Shown piece by piece: positions 11,873 through 23,220 of a stretch of DNA of 55,183 nt. The translations under genes and the position numbers were made by a program. Numbering within the stretch: the first letter of the stretch is position 1; each line of letters starts with the position of its first letter. The notes beneath the pieces were generated by a model. That model saw only the letters and a program-made list of their open reading frames with translations. It was not told the DNA's origin and did no database searches. The stretch comes from Chiloscyllium plagiosum (lineage: Eukaryota), in assembly GCF_004010195.1 (NCBI RefSeq), contig NC_057755.1, positions 8,073,466 through 8,128,648 of the forward strand. The letters run 5' to 3'.

Positions 11873-12185
11873 GCGGCGGCACGGTGGCACAGCAGTTAGC
11901 ACTGCTGCCTCACAGCGCCAGAGACCTGGGTTCAATTCCCGCCTCAGGCGACTGACTGTGTGTAGTTTGCACGCTCTCCCCGTGTCTGCGTGGGTTTCCT
12001 CCGGGTGCTCCGGTTTCCTCCCACAGTCACAAAGATGTGCAGGTTAGGTGAATTGACCATGCTAAATTGCCCCTAGTGTTAGGTAAGGGGTAAATGTAGG
12101 GGTATGGGTGGGTTGCGCTTCGGCGGGGCGGTGTGGACTTGTTGGGCCGAAGGGCCTGTTTCCACACTGTAAGTAATCTAATCTA
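11873..12185 (+). mobile_element. Full-length tRNA-derived SINE (HE1/V-SINE type)
   Basis: A box TGGCACAGCAGTTAG, B box GGTTCAATTCC, V-domain core, LINE-like tail ending in AATCT repeats. Confidence 0.92.
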
Positions 12186-12799
12186 AAAAAAAGAGCAAAG
12201 ATCTATGCATCCACCCAGTTCCACGGTGTGTCAAGGGCTAAAAGAAATAATTCATGCTTAAAATTGAAGTTAAAGGTTTCTCAGTTAAGGGTATTTTCCT
12301 TTAGTTCAGATTCGAGAATGCGAGCTTGCAAACAAAGGGAAAGAAGAAAATTTATTTGTGGACAAATCCATTCATCCTAGATCTAGTTTATAAAAACGTT
12401 CTTTTCAAAAAAATCTGAGGCTGCAGAAATAACTTCCAAGTTAACTACTACCTTCAGATAAGCAGCGAAATCTAACAATAGTTCCCTAAAAAAAACAAAG
12501 TGAAGACTTTACTAAACTCCATGAAACTTTCTGCAGTCTCTGATTGAAATGGCAAATTCAGAATGTTGCAGGATGAAATGAATTACCGCGTGGAAAGTTC
12601 AACTGCCCAGGTAAATTCTGCAGAGTCTGGAGTGATGGGGATTCCACCGGCGTTTCTGCATTCTGAGACTAGGTCACCGATCATTCACCCATTTAAGAGA
12701 GTGGCCACAACATGCCCATGTCTCATTGTCAATTGCTGAACGAAAGTGCAGGGAATTCTCAGACAGAATTACACGAACTCAATGATGGAAAACACTCAC

Positions 12800-12866
12800 C
12801 AGGAATTGTTGCAATCACAAGGACCGTGTAAAATATTTTCCGCGCATTCTGAATTGGAAGATGCAT
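12800..12866 (-). CDS. GPCR gene A, exon 1 (67 nt, MHLPIQNARKIFYTVLVIATIP + G)
   Basis: ATG at 12866, donor G|GTGAGT. The phase-1 join to exon 2 gives IP-V-NFLM, completing TM1. A homologous 67-nt exon is present in gene C. Confidence 0.88.
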
Positions 12867-12958
12867 TTCTGGCAAGGACGTTTTGTTCAGTCAATCTCTC
12901 TCCGTATTAATGAACAAGGTAATATTTCCCAAATTCCTTCTTTTGTACTTGCTGGCAT

Positions 12959-12969
12959 TACCTGGGGAA
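12959..12969 (-). promoter_or_regulatory. O/E (Olf1/EBF)-like site upstream of gene A
   Basis: TTCCCCAGGTA ~95-100 nt upstream of the ATG, aligned with GTCCCCAGGAG in gene C. Confidence 0.35.
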
Positions 12970-13246
12970 CTGTCACATCACGTGCCAAAAGATCTTTCAA
13001 GAATTTGAACAAACAGCTGATTACAGTGAGTTAAATCCCAGTTGTGACGGAGTATTTTTTCGAAATCTATTGGATTATGTGAGTTTCATTTGGTTAAAAA
13101 TAAACATTGATACAAAACACCGTCCGTCCCATGATGAGATCTAATTTTTTTTCAGTGTTGTATTTTTGTTGACGAAATCCTAGTTATGAAGTATCTTTCT
13201 GAAACCTTTTCCTCGACAAAGGCATGTGACTTCTCTGTTTAACAGT

Positions 13247-14093
13247 GTTAAAAATCACACAACATCAGGTTTATTTGGAAGTACTATCTTTCAGAGGCGT
13301 TTCTCCTCCATCAGGTCACTAATAGGGCAGGATCATAAGACGCAAAATATGTAACAAAAATCACAGTGTCATGTAACTGAAACGATATATTGAACAAACT
13401 TAGATTTCTGTTAAGTCTTTCATCTTTTCTATTCATTTGCATATGAATCCCAGAACTTCTTTTAAGTCAGGTGCTCGAGATAACGTAGGACAGTAAAAAA
13501 AGTAACATCTCAGATCAGACAATGTATTAAAAGTATGAGATTAGAGTCTGTCTGCATCTCAATCTTTAGTCAGACTGGCTCTTTATACGGTTAGCATTTT
13601 ATAAAAGGTAATATGGATTGACTGCCTGCATATTGTACGCTTTTTGAGCAAAAATAGAACATATCTGCAATTACAATTCTGCAAATGCAAGTTCACCTCA
13701 CAGACATTTGTGAGTGTGTGTCTATGTGTGTGTGCACGCGTGCATGTGTGGGAGAGAAGGAGAGAGTGAGTATATGCATGTGAGTATAGGTGTGCATGGG
13801 AGTGTGTACTTGCGTGTGTCCATGCTTGGTAGCGTGTCTGCGTCAGCGTATTGGAGTGTAAGCCTGTGAGAGGGTGTGTGCATAGGTGTGAGTGCTTTGT
13901 TCAATATTCTGTTTGAATTACATGGCACGAAGACCTTTGGCTTTAAATTCTGTGTCTTATTATCCTGCCACAGGAGTTACCGATAAACGAGCTCTGAAAG
14001 CTAATACTTCTAAATATCCCTGCTGGAAGGCAACCTTGTGTTGTGTGATGTTTAACTTTGTCCACACCAGTCCTACACGGGCACCTCCACATC
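13247..14093. mobile_element. Non-autonomous Penelope-like insertion with inverted termini and a 12-bp TSD
   Basis: Perfect direct repeat CTGTTTAACAGT at 13235-13246 and 14094-14105. Termini GTTAAAAATCACACAAC and GTTGTGTGATGTTTAAC. Same family as 29794-30372 and 35889-36713. Confidence 0.8.
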
Positions 14094-14559
14094 CTGTTTA
14101 ACAGTAACTGTTCCATGAAAGGATGTTAGGTGGTTTATGAGTCCACACATTGTCGGTTTTAACGAACCCAACATAACAATAGAATTCCTCACCGGTTAAA
14201 TAATATACTGAAATACATCCTCAAAGATTTCATAAGATCCAATTAATACAGTTCCTCCCACCAGGGTGAAGCTGCAATGTACCAGAGCTGACCCTGAAAT
14301 ACACATGAACTGTACAGCAGGAGAGGGCGTGAAGCATTCTGTTACCTATCGTGTACTTTACATGTACAGAGACCGATAGTGAGGCACAGACAATATCTAC
14401 TGAAGGAGACTGGAGTGAATAATTCTTGATTACCTGCAGTATATTGGACATTTATACAGCCTTCACACTTCGGTGCCATTTTGAAGCATAAGATGAATAA
14501 AAATAAATTATGTAAGTAGTGAAAGGAGTCACAATATAGCTCCAGAACATCAGAGAAGA

Positions 14560-15330
14560 GCCTACTTCAGGCCTAACGCCGTCAGGAGACTGTCATTTCA
14601 GGCTGACTGCAGCCAGAAGTCCTACTGAAACTTCGTGCCTACTGAAACCGCGAGTCTCAGCTCCATGACTATTACAGCCTGGAATCCTCACTCTGGGCCT
14701 ACTGCAGTCAGTAGGCCCAGCTCCATGCTTCTTGAAACCAGAAACTCACTGTCCAGTCCAACTGCAGCCAGGAGTCCATGCTTCAGGTTGATTGTAGTCA
14801 GAGCGTCCCCCTCATGCCTAGTGAAACCACGAGTCCTCGCTTCAGGCCTACTTCAGTGAGGAATCCCAGCTCTAGACCAGCTGCAGCCAGGAATATTTGA
14901 TCCGGGTCAACTGCAACCAGTAGTCCTTGTCCAGGCCTACTGCAGCCAGGAGTCCCAGCTCCTGCCTTTCCTGAAATCAGAAATTCACACTCTGGCACTA
15001 CTGCAGTCTGGAATCCCCGATGTAGACCAACTACACGCGGGAATCCCCTGTCCCGGGCTACGATAGCCAAGAATGTCCTCTCTGAGCCTGCTGCAGGCAG
15101 GAGTCCCCACTCCAGGCCTACTACAGCTATGAATCCCCACTACGAGTCTACTGCAGCCAGGAGGCCACGATCTGGACCGACTGCAGACAGGAGTGGCCAG
15201 GGGCCCAAGCTCTGGGCATAATGCAGTTGGAAGTCCCCTTTCTGTACCACCCACAGCTAGGAGTCCACGCTCTGGGCTCACCACAACTACGAGTACACGG
15301 TCTGAAGCAACGAAGCCAAGACTCCCCGGC
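14560..15330. repeat. Degenerate 30-bp minisatellite, about 25 units
   Basis: Approximate consensus ACTGCAGCCAGGAGTCCCAGCTCCAGGCCT, with units in register at 14641, 14671, 14701, 14731 and 14761. Confidence 0.85.
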
Positions 15331-15639
15331 AGATGGTCTCAGCTTGAATGTAATCAGCTCCTTGCTTGCAGGGAGATGGCAGGCTTATTTTGAGGCATGT
15401 CAAGCTCATTTGGTAATGCAGGTCCCAGCCTCTGTTAAGCTTCCTTGTGTCATTCCTATTATTGCGCACTCCTGTATCTTGTCCAGTTTGTTAGTCTTAG
15501 GTCTTTGAAGTGAAGTAACAGTTCAGCTTTCAGGGTTACAGGGTAGATATATTGACGTGTGGATCTTTCCCAGGTTCCCAGAAATACTCCAACCTATACA
15601 TTGTGACGTGTAGTAGTGTTCGCTTGTCCTCTTTCAGGA

Positions 15640-17324
15640 GCGAGTGTCACATGATCAGACAGTGACATGAACACAACCTGACACACACATATCCTCTCAT
15701 ACATACAAAGATACATTCAGACTGAGATATCGAAAAATATGCATGCAGGCACAGACAGAAACACACACACACACACACACACGCACACACACACTTACTT
15801 TGAGATATCGGAACACGTCCATGCACAGACACATACAGAAATACAGTCACACTGAGCGACATCACATACCAAATGCAAGAGCTGACAGAAACATTCCTGT
15901 ACAAACACTCGAGCACTCAATCACAGTTACAGAACCTCACAGACACAATGCAATATAGCCATATAGCAATGGTCTTAAACAAACCAAGAGATACACCCAC
16001 AGAGAGCCACAAAGAGATCCTGCTGGAGGAACAGAAAGATCTCAATGCACAGGATGACAGATAAACACAGTCTCAACAACAGTCCTATCTACTCGTCCTG
16101 GAGCACAAGCAGGCAGATGCAAACACCAGACTCTCAAAATAATGCAAAGAAACACAGACACACATGGATTTACGTCACCACAATGATATGCGACCAGTAA
16201 CACAAACACACTAACACATGCACAAACACCACACACTCATGTAATAGGGATATAAACACACGCAGTGACATACATATGCACAAAGAACATGCACACAGAT
16301 GGAAAGGCATCATGTGTGAATCACACACAGCTACGCAAAGATACTGCACAGAGGCAGACACATGGACAAAAATGCTCACATTCACAGAAACACTGTCACA
16401 CAACCGCTTTAACATACGAAAAGGCATAAGTATCGCAATAGATAGTGCCACAGAAAACACAGACAACACACAGAACCACAGTCATAAAGTGGCACAGAGA
16501 CATATCCAGAGACATTAAAACATTGACATTGCGCAAAGAAATTGAAAAGCCCGCACACAGAGAGCCAGAAACCCTACTACACCGAAACAAAAACACACCA
16601 ACACCACATTACTCACAGCCACCGAAAAGAAAAAGTAATATGGAGGGAAAGAGAGAGAGAAAGCGAGCGAGAGAGAGAGAGACGAAAATAAAATGCCAGA
16701 GATGAATGGACAGTGCAGTTGCTGAACTGTAATTATTTGTGTATCAACATATTGCTGGCCGTGCCTGTGTATTCTGTAATATGTAAAATGACCTCCCCCA
16801 GTAAGATCAATGAGTGAAGGAATGAGGAAAAGGTTTGAGACAATGCACGTGAACATCCCGTAAACTGAGACAAGTTCTGACTGAGTCAATGAGAGAAAGA
16901 ACCAGTGTGCTCGAGAGAGATGCAAAGTGATTGAGAAACAGAGGGTGGACTAGAAAGAGAGACAAAGAGACAGACAGAGAATGATAGACAGAGAAACAAA
17001 GAGGCAGAGGGAGGAAAGGAGAGTGAGAGAGACAGAGAGAGAATGAGAACAAAGAGAGTCAGACAGGATCAAAGACAAACAGAAACAGTGACACTGAGAT
17101 AAAACAAAAAGAAGATTAGAGGGAGAGAAGGCATGGGAAAAAGTGAGCGAGACAGAGATAGAGAAAAACAATGATGGTGGCACATACAGACAGAGAGGGA
17201 CTTTCAGCAAGAAACCAAGAATGGCTCAGAGGGAGACATAAATGCAGAGAAATTGAGTGACAGGCTGAGACCGAGAGAGAGAAAAGGGAGAGACAGAGAA
17301 AAAGATAGATCGAAAGAGGCATTA

Positions 17325-17365
<41 letters not shown>

Positions 17366-17390
17366 CAGAGACAGCGAGAGAGCGAGAGGG
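15640..17390. repeat. Low-complexity CA-rich then GA-rich tract downstream of pseudogene B, including (GA)n at ~17330-17362
   Basis: Compositional bias. The island AGAGATCCTGCTGG..ACAG..AAGATCT is shared with ~6560-6590. Confidence 0.8.
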
Positions 17391-18351
17391 CAATTTCCCG
17401 GTGTTGGCGGTAGACTGGAGTTGGCCTCAAGAAGCTCTTTCAACAATAAAAACATGTGCATGAAATGACGGCCACGTCAGTGGAGAGGATCACCAGCACC
17501 GTAAACCTCACCCTTGCTGTGGTAAAGTTTTTATTGTGAGGTGGACGGAGAGAGACTGAAAATCATCATTTTGCAGGAGGGTCTGTTTCTATTCCTAGTC
17601 ATTTTCCTCTGCTAGGGAAATGCAAATACGCCTAATTTACCACTCATCGACAAGACAGTCCCAGAAGACCCAATGCTTCAGCTGAAACCATCACTCACAG
17701 CTACTCTGTCATGTCGAATCACTCCTCCAGCCTCTTTCCATCCTACCCTGTCCTTGACAGTCAACTCTTGTTTCCTTACCTGCTGCCCCTTTGTCAAGGC
17801 CTTCAACATTTTTGAAAACGGAAGTGGATAGATTCTTGTTAAATTTAGGGTGAAGAGTGTTTCTCAGTGGCAAAGGGAATGTGGATTTGATGTTACACTT
17901 GGATGAGCCACGTCTTTTGAAATGGTAGGTCAACATGGGCCGAAGGGTTGAATGACCTAATGCTGCTTATTGTCTGTTGTCGTTCTGCTTTCAATCCGTT
18001 AGTCATGTTCTTGAGGTGCGGGTGCTTTAGTGGGGTGTACTGTTAGATTCACCTACCGATGGAAAGGTGCTCAAACTATTTATGATTCCAAATAAACCTG
18101 TTAGACGATAACCTGGTGTCCAATGGCTTTTGAATGAATCCGTCAGTCAATCAGCGGGAGCAACGTGTTGCTGAGAATTGGGAGTGGTGACTCATCTTGT
18201 TAACCAATTCCTCACCCCCAAGGCAATCCACCACTCACTTTTATACATATATCCAAATGGTTGTGCTGACGGAATGCTAGCCTTACATGTGTGCACATTG
18301 CAATTGCCTCTGAGCTTCTCTCAAGCGCTTTGCAGAGTCATTTAGTAAACC

Positions 18352-19210
18352 TTACCTCACAAATTGCTGTTCCACATTTCTGAACATTACTCTGAACTTT
18401 GATAGAGTCACTACATAAAACAATGTGCTCGTGTTGCAGTTAAAATCCTGTAGCAGAAATGCACCCCCTGTAAATATATTGTCCATACAAACATTTGATC
18501 AGTGAATAGCTTGCTTCAAGATGTTTGAACCATTCACAAACCACAGACATATAAAGCTGACTGTTATGGTGAGGAGTGAAATCACCGACTTAATTCGGTT
18601 CTCCAACGCTACATCTTGGGGACTAAGTCCCAACCGCTCACCCCTCAGGGTTTTGCGAACCTGTCTGACAATGCAAATGTACCAAACTGACAGTGTTCGA
18701 CAACAGAATTACCGCGAATGGAATGAAAAGGGTTAACATGTTCTTAAATCAGTTAAACCCGAGACAACTTGGGTCTGTTTAAAAAAAGCATGATTTTATT
18801 CCACAGTACCAGGGAAAATTGTCAATGATCTTATTAGGTTTAAACCGAAAATAATTGGTTTTCGAACAGAGCAGAATTCCTGGAACAACTAAAGCCACGG
18901 TCAATGTTTTCTCTGTCCAATATTTTCTCTTCAGTTTCAATCAGCAAATGGCCACAAAACGATCAAAAGAGAAAAGGGCATTGAATCAACCGGGAAAGTC
19001 TGCAGCTACATGAAACAGTCAAAGAGAGCACTGCAGACATGAGTGAGGTCCAGGAAACACTTTACAAAGTAATACATATTGAGTTGCCTGAGTATGTCTT
19101 CGTCAAAATGAACAGTAGATCTGCTGTTACCATGGCGATTAGGCAACACGCAGTAAAATTAGAAACACCGCATTTTCCACATGTGATAATCAGAATCACC
19201 AGTACATTAA
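18352..19210 (-). pseudogene. GPR139-like GPCR pseudogene B (exon 2 homologue)
   Basis: GKCGVS, AMVTADLLF, FSFDRFVAIC, KYWTEK, CNTSTLFYVVTLSKFR and QQFVR*. In-frame TGA at 18988-18986, 18943-18941 and 18751-18749, frameshifts, and acceptor AG changed to GG at 19212-19211. Exon 1 not found. Confidence 0.9.
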
Positions 19211-19356
19211 CCGTAAGAGATGGAAGGTAAAGATGAAGTCAGAAATTGTTGATTAAATATTACCCAAGTTGGCCCAGCTAACGATGGAAGATAATAGCAC
19301 CGAATTGATAAATTAGGATGGCTCAGACATTAAATCTAAAAAACCATCCCAAAGCT

Positions 19357-19690
19357 GGGTTGGCATGATGGCTCAGTGGTCAGCACTGCTGCCTCACAGC
19401 GCCAGGTATCTGGGTTCAATTCCAACCTTGAGCGATAGTCTGTGTGGAGCTTTCGCGTTATCCATGTGTCTACGTGGGCTTCTGCAGGGTGGTTTGCTTT
19501 CCTTTCCACATTCCATAGATCTGTTGAACTGGCCGTGCTCATTTTCTGATAATGTTCAGGGATATTTAAGTTAGGTGCATTTGTCAGGGGTAAATGTAGG
19601 GTAGGGGGACTGGGTGTAGGTGGTGTACTCTTTGGAGTGATGGTGTGGACCTGTTGTGCCAAAAGGCCTGTTTCCACACTAAAGGGACTC
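19357..19690 (+). mobile_element. tRNA-derived SINE (HE1/V-SINE type), diverged
   Basis: GGCTCAGTGGTCAGCACTGCTGCCTCACAGCGCCAGG head and GGCCTGTTTCCACACT tail. Confidence 0.85.
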
Positions 19691-22600
19691 AATGAAATCA
19701 GCCTAACTCACGCAAAGCTGCTTAGTCCTGGCTTTAACTCAATAGTAGCAAGGAATTGACAAATGATAACGGGGTGTAACTTCTAAAGTGGAAGGTTTAG
19801 AGGAGATTTGAGAATAAAAGCTGTCATCCAGACGTTACTGGCGGTCTGGAAAACATTGCTTGAGAGAGTAGTTGATAGAGGAAATGTCACAAACGTGCAA
19901 AAATGTTTGGATGTGCACAATAGGTCTCATAACATTCAAGGCTCTCAGACATGTGCTGGAAAGTGGCAGAACTGTGATTTAAGGTAGAATTGACAGCACA
20001 ATCTTGTTGGACTGAAGGGACACTTTTGTAAGATAGGTTTCTGTGATTCGAGGAATTGCTTCTGGGAGGAATCTTCAGAATAAAATCAAGTTAGCAAAAT
20101 GTTTTAAAGATCTATGGATGATGCTAACATGGACCAGAAACAAAATAGCTGGAGAAACGCCACAGGGACAGCAGCATCTGCGGAGAGAGAAACAGAGTTA
20201 AAGATTCCTGTCCGGAATCATTCTTCATCAGAACAGGTATTACTGAAAAAGCGTCACTGGACGGAAGATATTAATTCATTTATGTCATCTTCATTGAAAC
20301 CAAAGCGCAGGTGTTAGTTTCCAGCAGGAAATTGGAATACAAAGTTTTGATATTCATCTATTATGGAATCTTTATTAGAATGCAGTTAGCATACCAGATG
20401 TAGTTCTTGTCACGATAGTCAAAAACCAAAGCTGACACACTGGAGAAGATGTAATTATTTGATAGATAATGAAAACAGATATGTGAAAACTTTGTTTTAT
20501 CATCAAAGTTATAAGCCACTATCTGTGAAATCGCTTTCATGACAAACTAAGGATCAGTTTGCCCCTCCTGACTTGGAACCTCAAGAATTCTTTGTCGTTT
20601 TCGCAAACATTCAAACTTTGCACGTGTATTGAGTCAGCAGGGAGTGAACATTTCAAATAAGGAAACGTTATTCTTATATGCAGTCTCTGCATTCTCATTT
20701 CAATTATTTTGGAATTTGCCTGTTGACATTTTATGGACAAAGTACATAATCAAAATTGAAACAACCAGTTCACTTGCGAAATTCTTAAAACAGGCTGCTC
20801 CAGCCCACATGTATAATAAAATAGATCATAATTAAAACAGGACTCTTTGACTGACTGTTGTGTTGTGATCGTGTCAAGGAAAATAATGCTTAAATTGATA
20901 ATGTGTATAACCTGCAGTTCATAGAAAAGGACAATAAGATTTCACAATAATATTTTAAACAGGTAAATAATTCAATGAGAATAATTAAACAAGATAAGCC
21001 TTAGTAATCTAATGATACAACAAGTAAATTATTGAATTCTAATCATGGTTTTTTTTCTTGCTCCCCATGAAAGATTACTTTATGCATTGTAAAAATTATG
21101 AAGCTCCAAACACATTTTCAGGGAGCAACTGCAAGCTAGTCATAGACCGCTGGAATTCACTTAAACACTCCTCAGTTTTTCCACGATTCCATGGAACTTT
21201 AAGAAACTTATGGCACAGATAGAAGCGTTTCAGCACACAAAGCAAAATTACGTTAACAGTTCTCAGTTTTACTACGATCACATGCAATCATTTTGAAGTT
21301 ACGGCTCAGAAAGGGACATTAAGCTATCAAATCTACATTAGCTAACTTTTCTAGTCCTGCTTTGCAGCAGCTTATCGACAATCGTGAAATTTTACTTCTT
21401 TTCTTTTATAGATCCTGATTCTCTTCAAATAAGTTGAATACTCTCAAGTCGATCTCCACAAACTGTGCAGCGAATTGCAGACATACTCTCAAGTCACCTA
21501 CAATCCTTCCAGCAATCCACCACAAAATCCATCCTGCGTAAGTGGTCCTATCCGTTTGCGGGGACAGGGCTCCATCCAAGACCCTGAATAGTTTTGACAC
21601 ATCATCCCTCATTCTCCTCTGTTTCGGGAAAACGATCCTAATGATATCCATCTTCGCTCATGTGTTTAGTAGCCTCACTTCTACAGTGATAACAAACGAT
21701 GTAATTTCAGTAGAAGTCAGATCCCAGACAGAAACGGAGATTGATGGATCACAGCCTTAGTTGTTCTACCTTTCGCTGAATGATCTTTTGCTTAATCAGG
21801 AACATGCATTTCTGCAAATATTACTTCAGCAACAAAACTGAAGTTTATTACCGAGGAAATGATGATAAGATATATTAATCTAAACTTAGTACGCATAATC
21901 GCTGCAAAGGCATTGCAAACACAATAAATGTATAATCTCCGTAATTGCGAAATAATACATAACTTGAAATCAAAGGAAATATAGAACTTTTCAATAACAT
22001 TTAACACAATATTCCAGGTTCAGCTTAATAAAAACATGCCTTGTACAACATGCCTAAATCCCTGTATCTTACATTTAGTTAAGTTACTTGCAACTTCCAC
22101 CTTTAAATTGGAACTATATTAAATACTCTCTTGAGTTAATGCACAGTTGATCTTCAATATATTCACTTTTATATAATCCCATACGGTTATTTTTTAGTCC
22201 TGTTACATATGGTCTGGGAAGAACACGGAATTTTCACTCCAAGATAATCGAATTCACTAAATCTGCCATTCACTTCTCATAAGCACAGATCTATACATGC
22301 AGCCAGGTCCAATGCATTCCAAATTAAACGTGAAACCAAAGATTTCACATTTGTGCGTGCTTTCCTTAACGTCGGACTCCAGAATTACCCTTTTTTAAAA
22401 AAAATGCTTAACCTTTGACAATAGCCTCCCACTTTGTTGGGCACTCAGTACCGCTATATTCCTGACAATCATCTGTTTATGAGAGGTAGGTATCCCTGAT
22501 TGAATCAGATTATTAGCCACAGTCAGGGACCTCAAATTCTCTGACATCCACTTGGCAAACTCCTGACAAAAAGCACAGGTAGAAAACATAATGAGTTGCT

Positions 22601-22789
22601 GAATGTATAGGGATTGAAAGAGATTGAAAAGCTGAAACCTGAGTTAGTCCGAGTGCGCATTGGTCGAATGAACATGCGCCAGGAGGAAGCCCCTCATTAT
22701 CTTGAATATTGCTGATGTTTCGGGAGCTTGCGCAACGTCCGTTTCTTCTTAATAGAACGGGGATTGCTGCATGTCTGTTGTTGAATATT

Positions 22790-23220
22790 TAATCGAACCT
22801 GTCAGACAGTGTTCAATTTGGTCAGACAGTGCAGGGAATATTTTGTACAGTATCGTCTCTCTATCTAAGAAAGGACATAATGTCTTAAAATGAGTTCAGC
22901 AGATGTTCACTTGGCTGGTACTGGCGATGGCCATGAGGAGAGTTTAGTTTCACTTTATCTGTGCTTCCTCGAAGTCTGAGATTTTTTCAAATGTGTGAAA
23001 TTCTGAGATGGTGACACAGACCAGATGCACGGAGCATGTTTCGTCTGGTTAGGGAGTCGAAAACCAGTGGGCACTGTCTCAGGATAAGAGACAGACCATC
23101 TAGGACTGAGATGAGAAAGTATTTCTTCACTCAAAGCATGGGCAACTGGTGGAATTCTCTGCCACAGAAGGCTGGGAGTACTGGATCACTTCCTGAATTC
23201 AAGAAGAACGTTGATATATA
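22790..23220 (+). mobile_element. CR1-type LINE 3' fragment
   Basis: MFRLVRESKTSGHCLRIRDRPSRTEMRKYFFTQSMGNWWNSLPQKA. Confidence 0.8.

Noticed and set aside
11873..11950. tRNA gene
   Set aside because: The A/B boxes are the head of a SINE and continue into the SINE core and tail.
14560..15330. CRISPR-like array
   Set aside because: Contiguous degenerate tandem units with no unique spacers, no cas genes, and a vertebrate context.
21390..21545. Plus-strand polypyrimidine-AG ... GTAAGT exon-like segment
   Set aside because: Stops in all three frames and no partner exons.
21850..21896. MRTKFRLIYLIIISS followed by GTAATA as a possible exon 1 of pseudogene B or an Ig-type leader exon
   Set aside because: Phase 0 rather than phase 1, no similarity to the 67-nt exons, and the downstream sequence looks like a CR1 remnant rather than a V domain.
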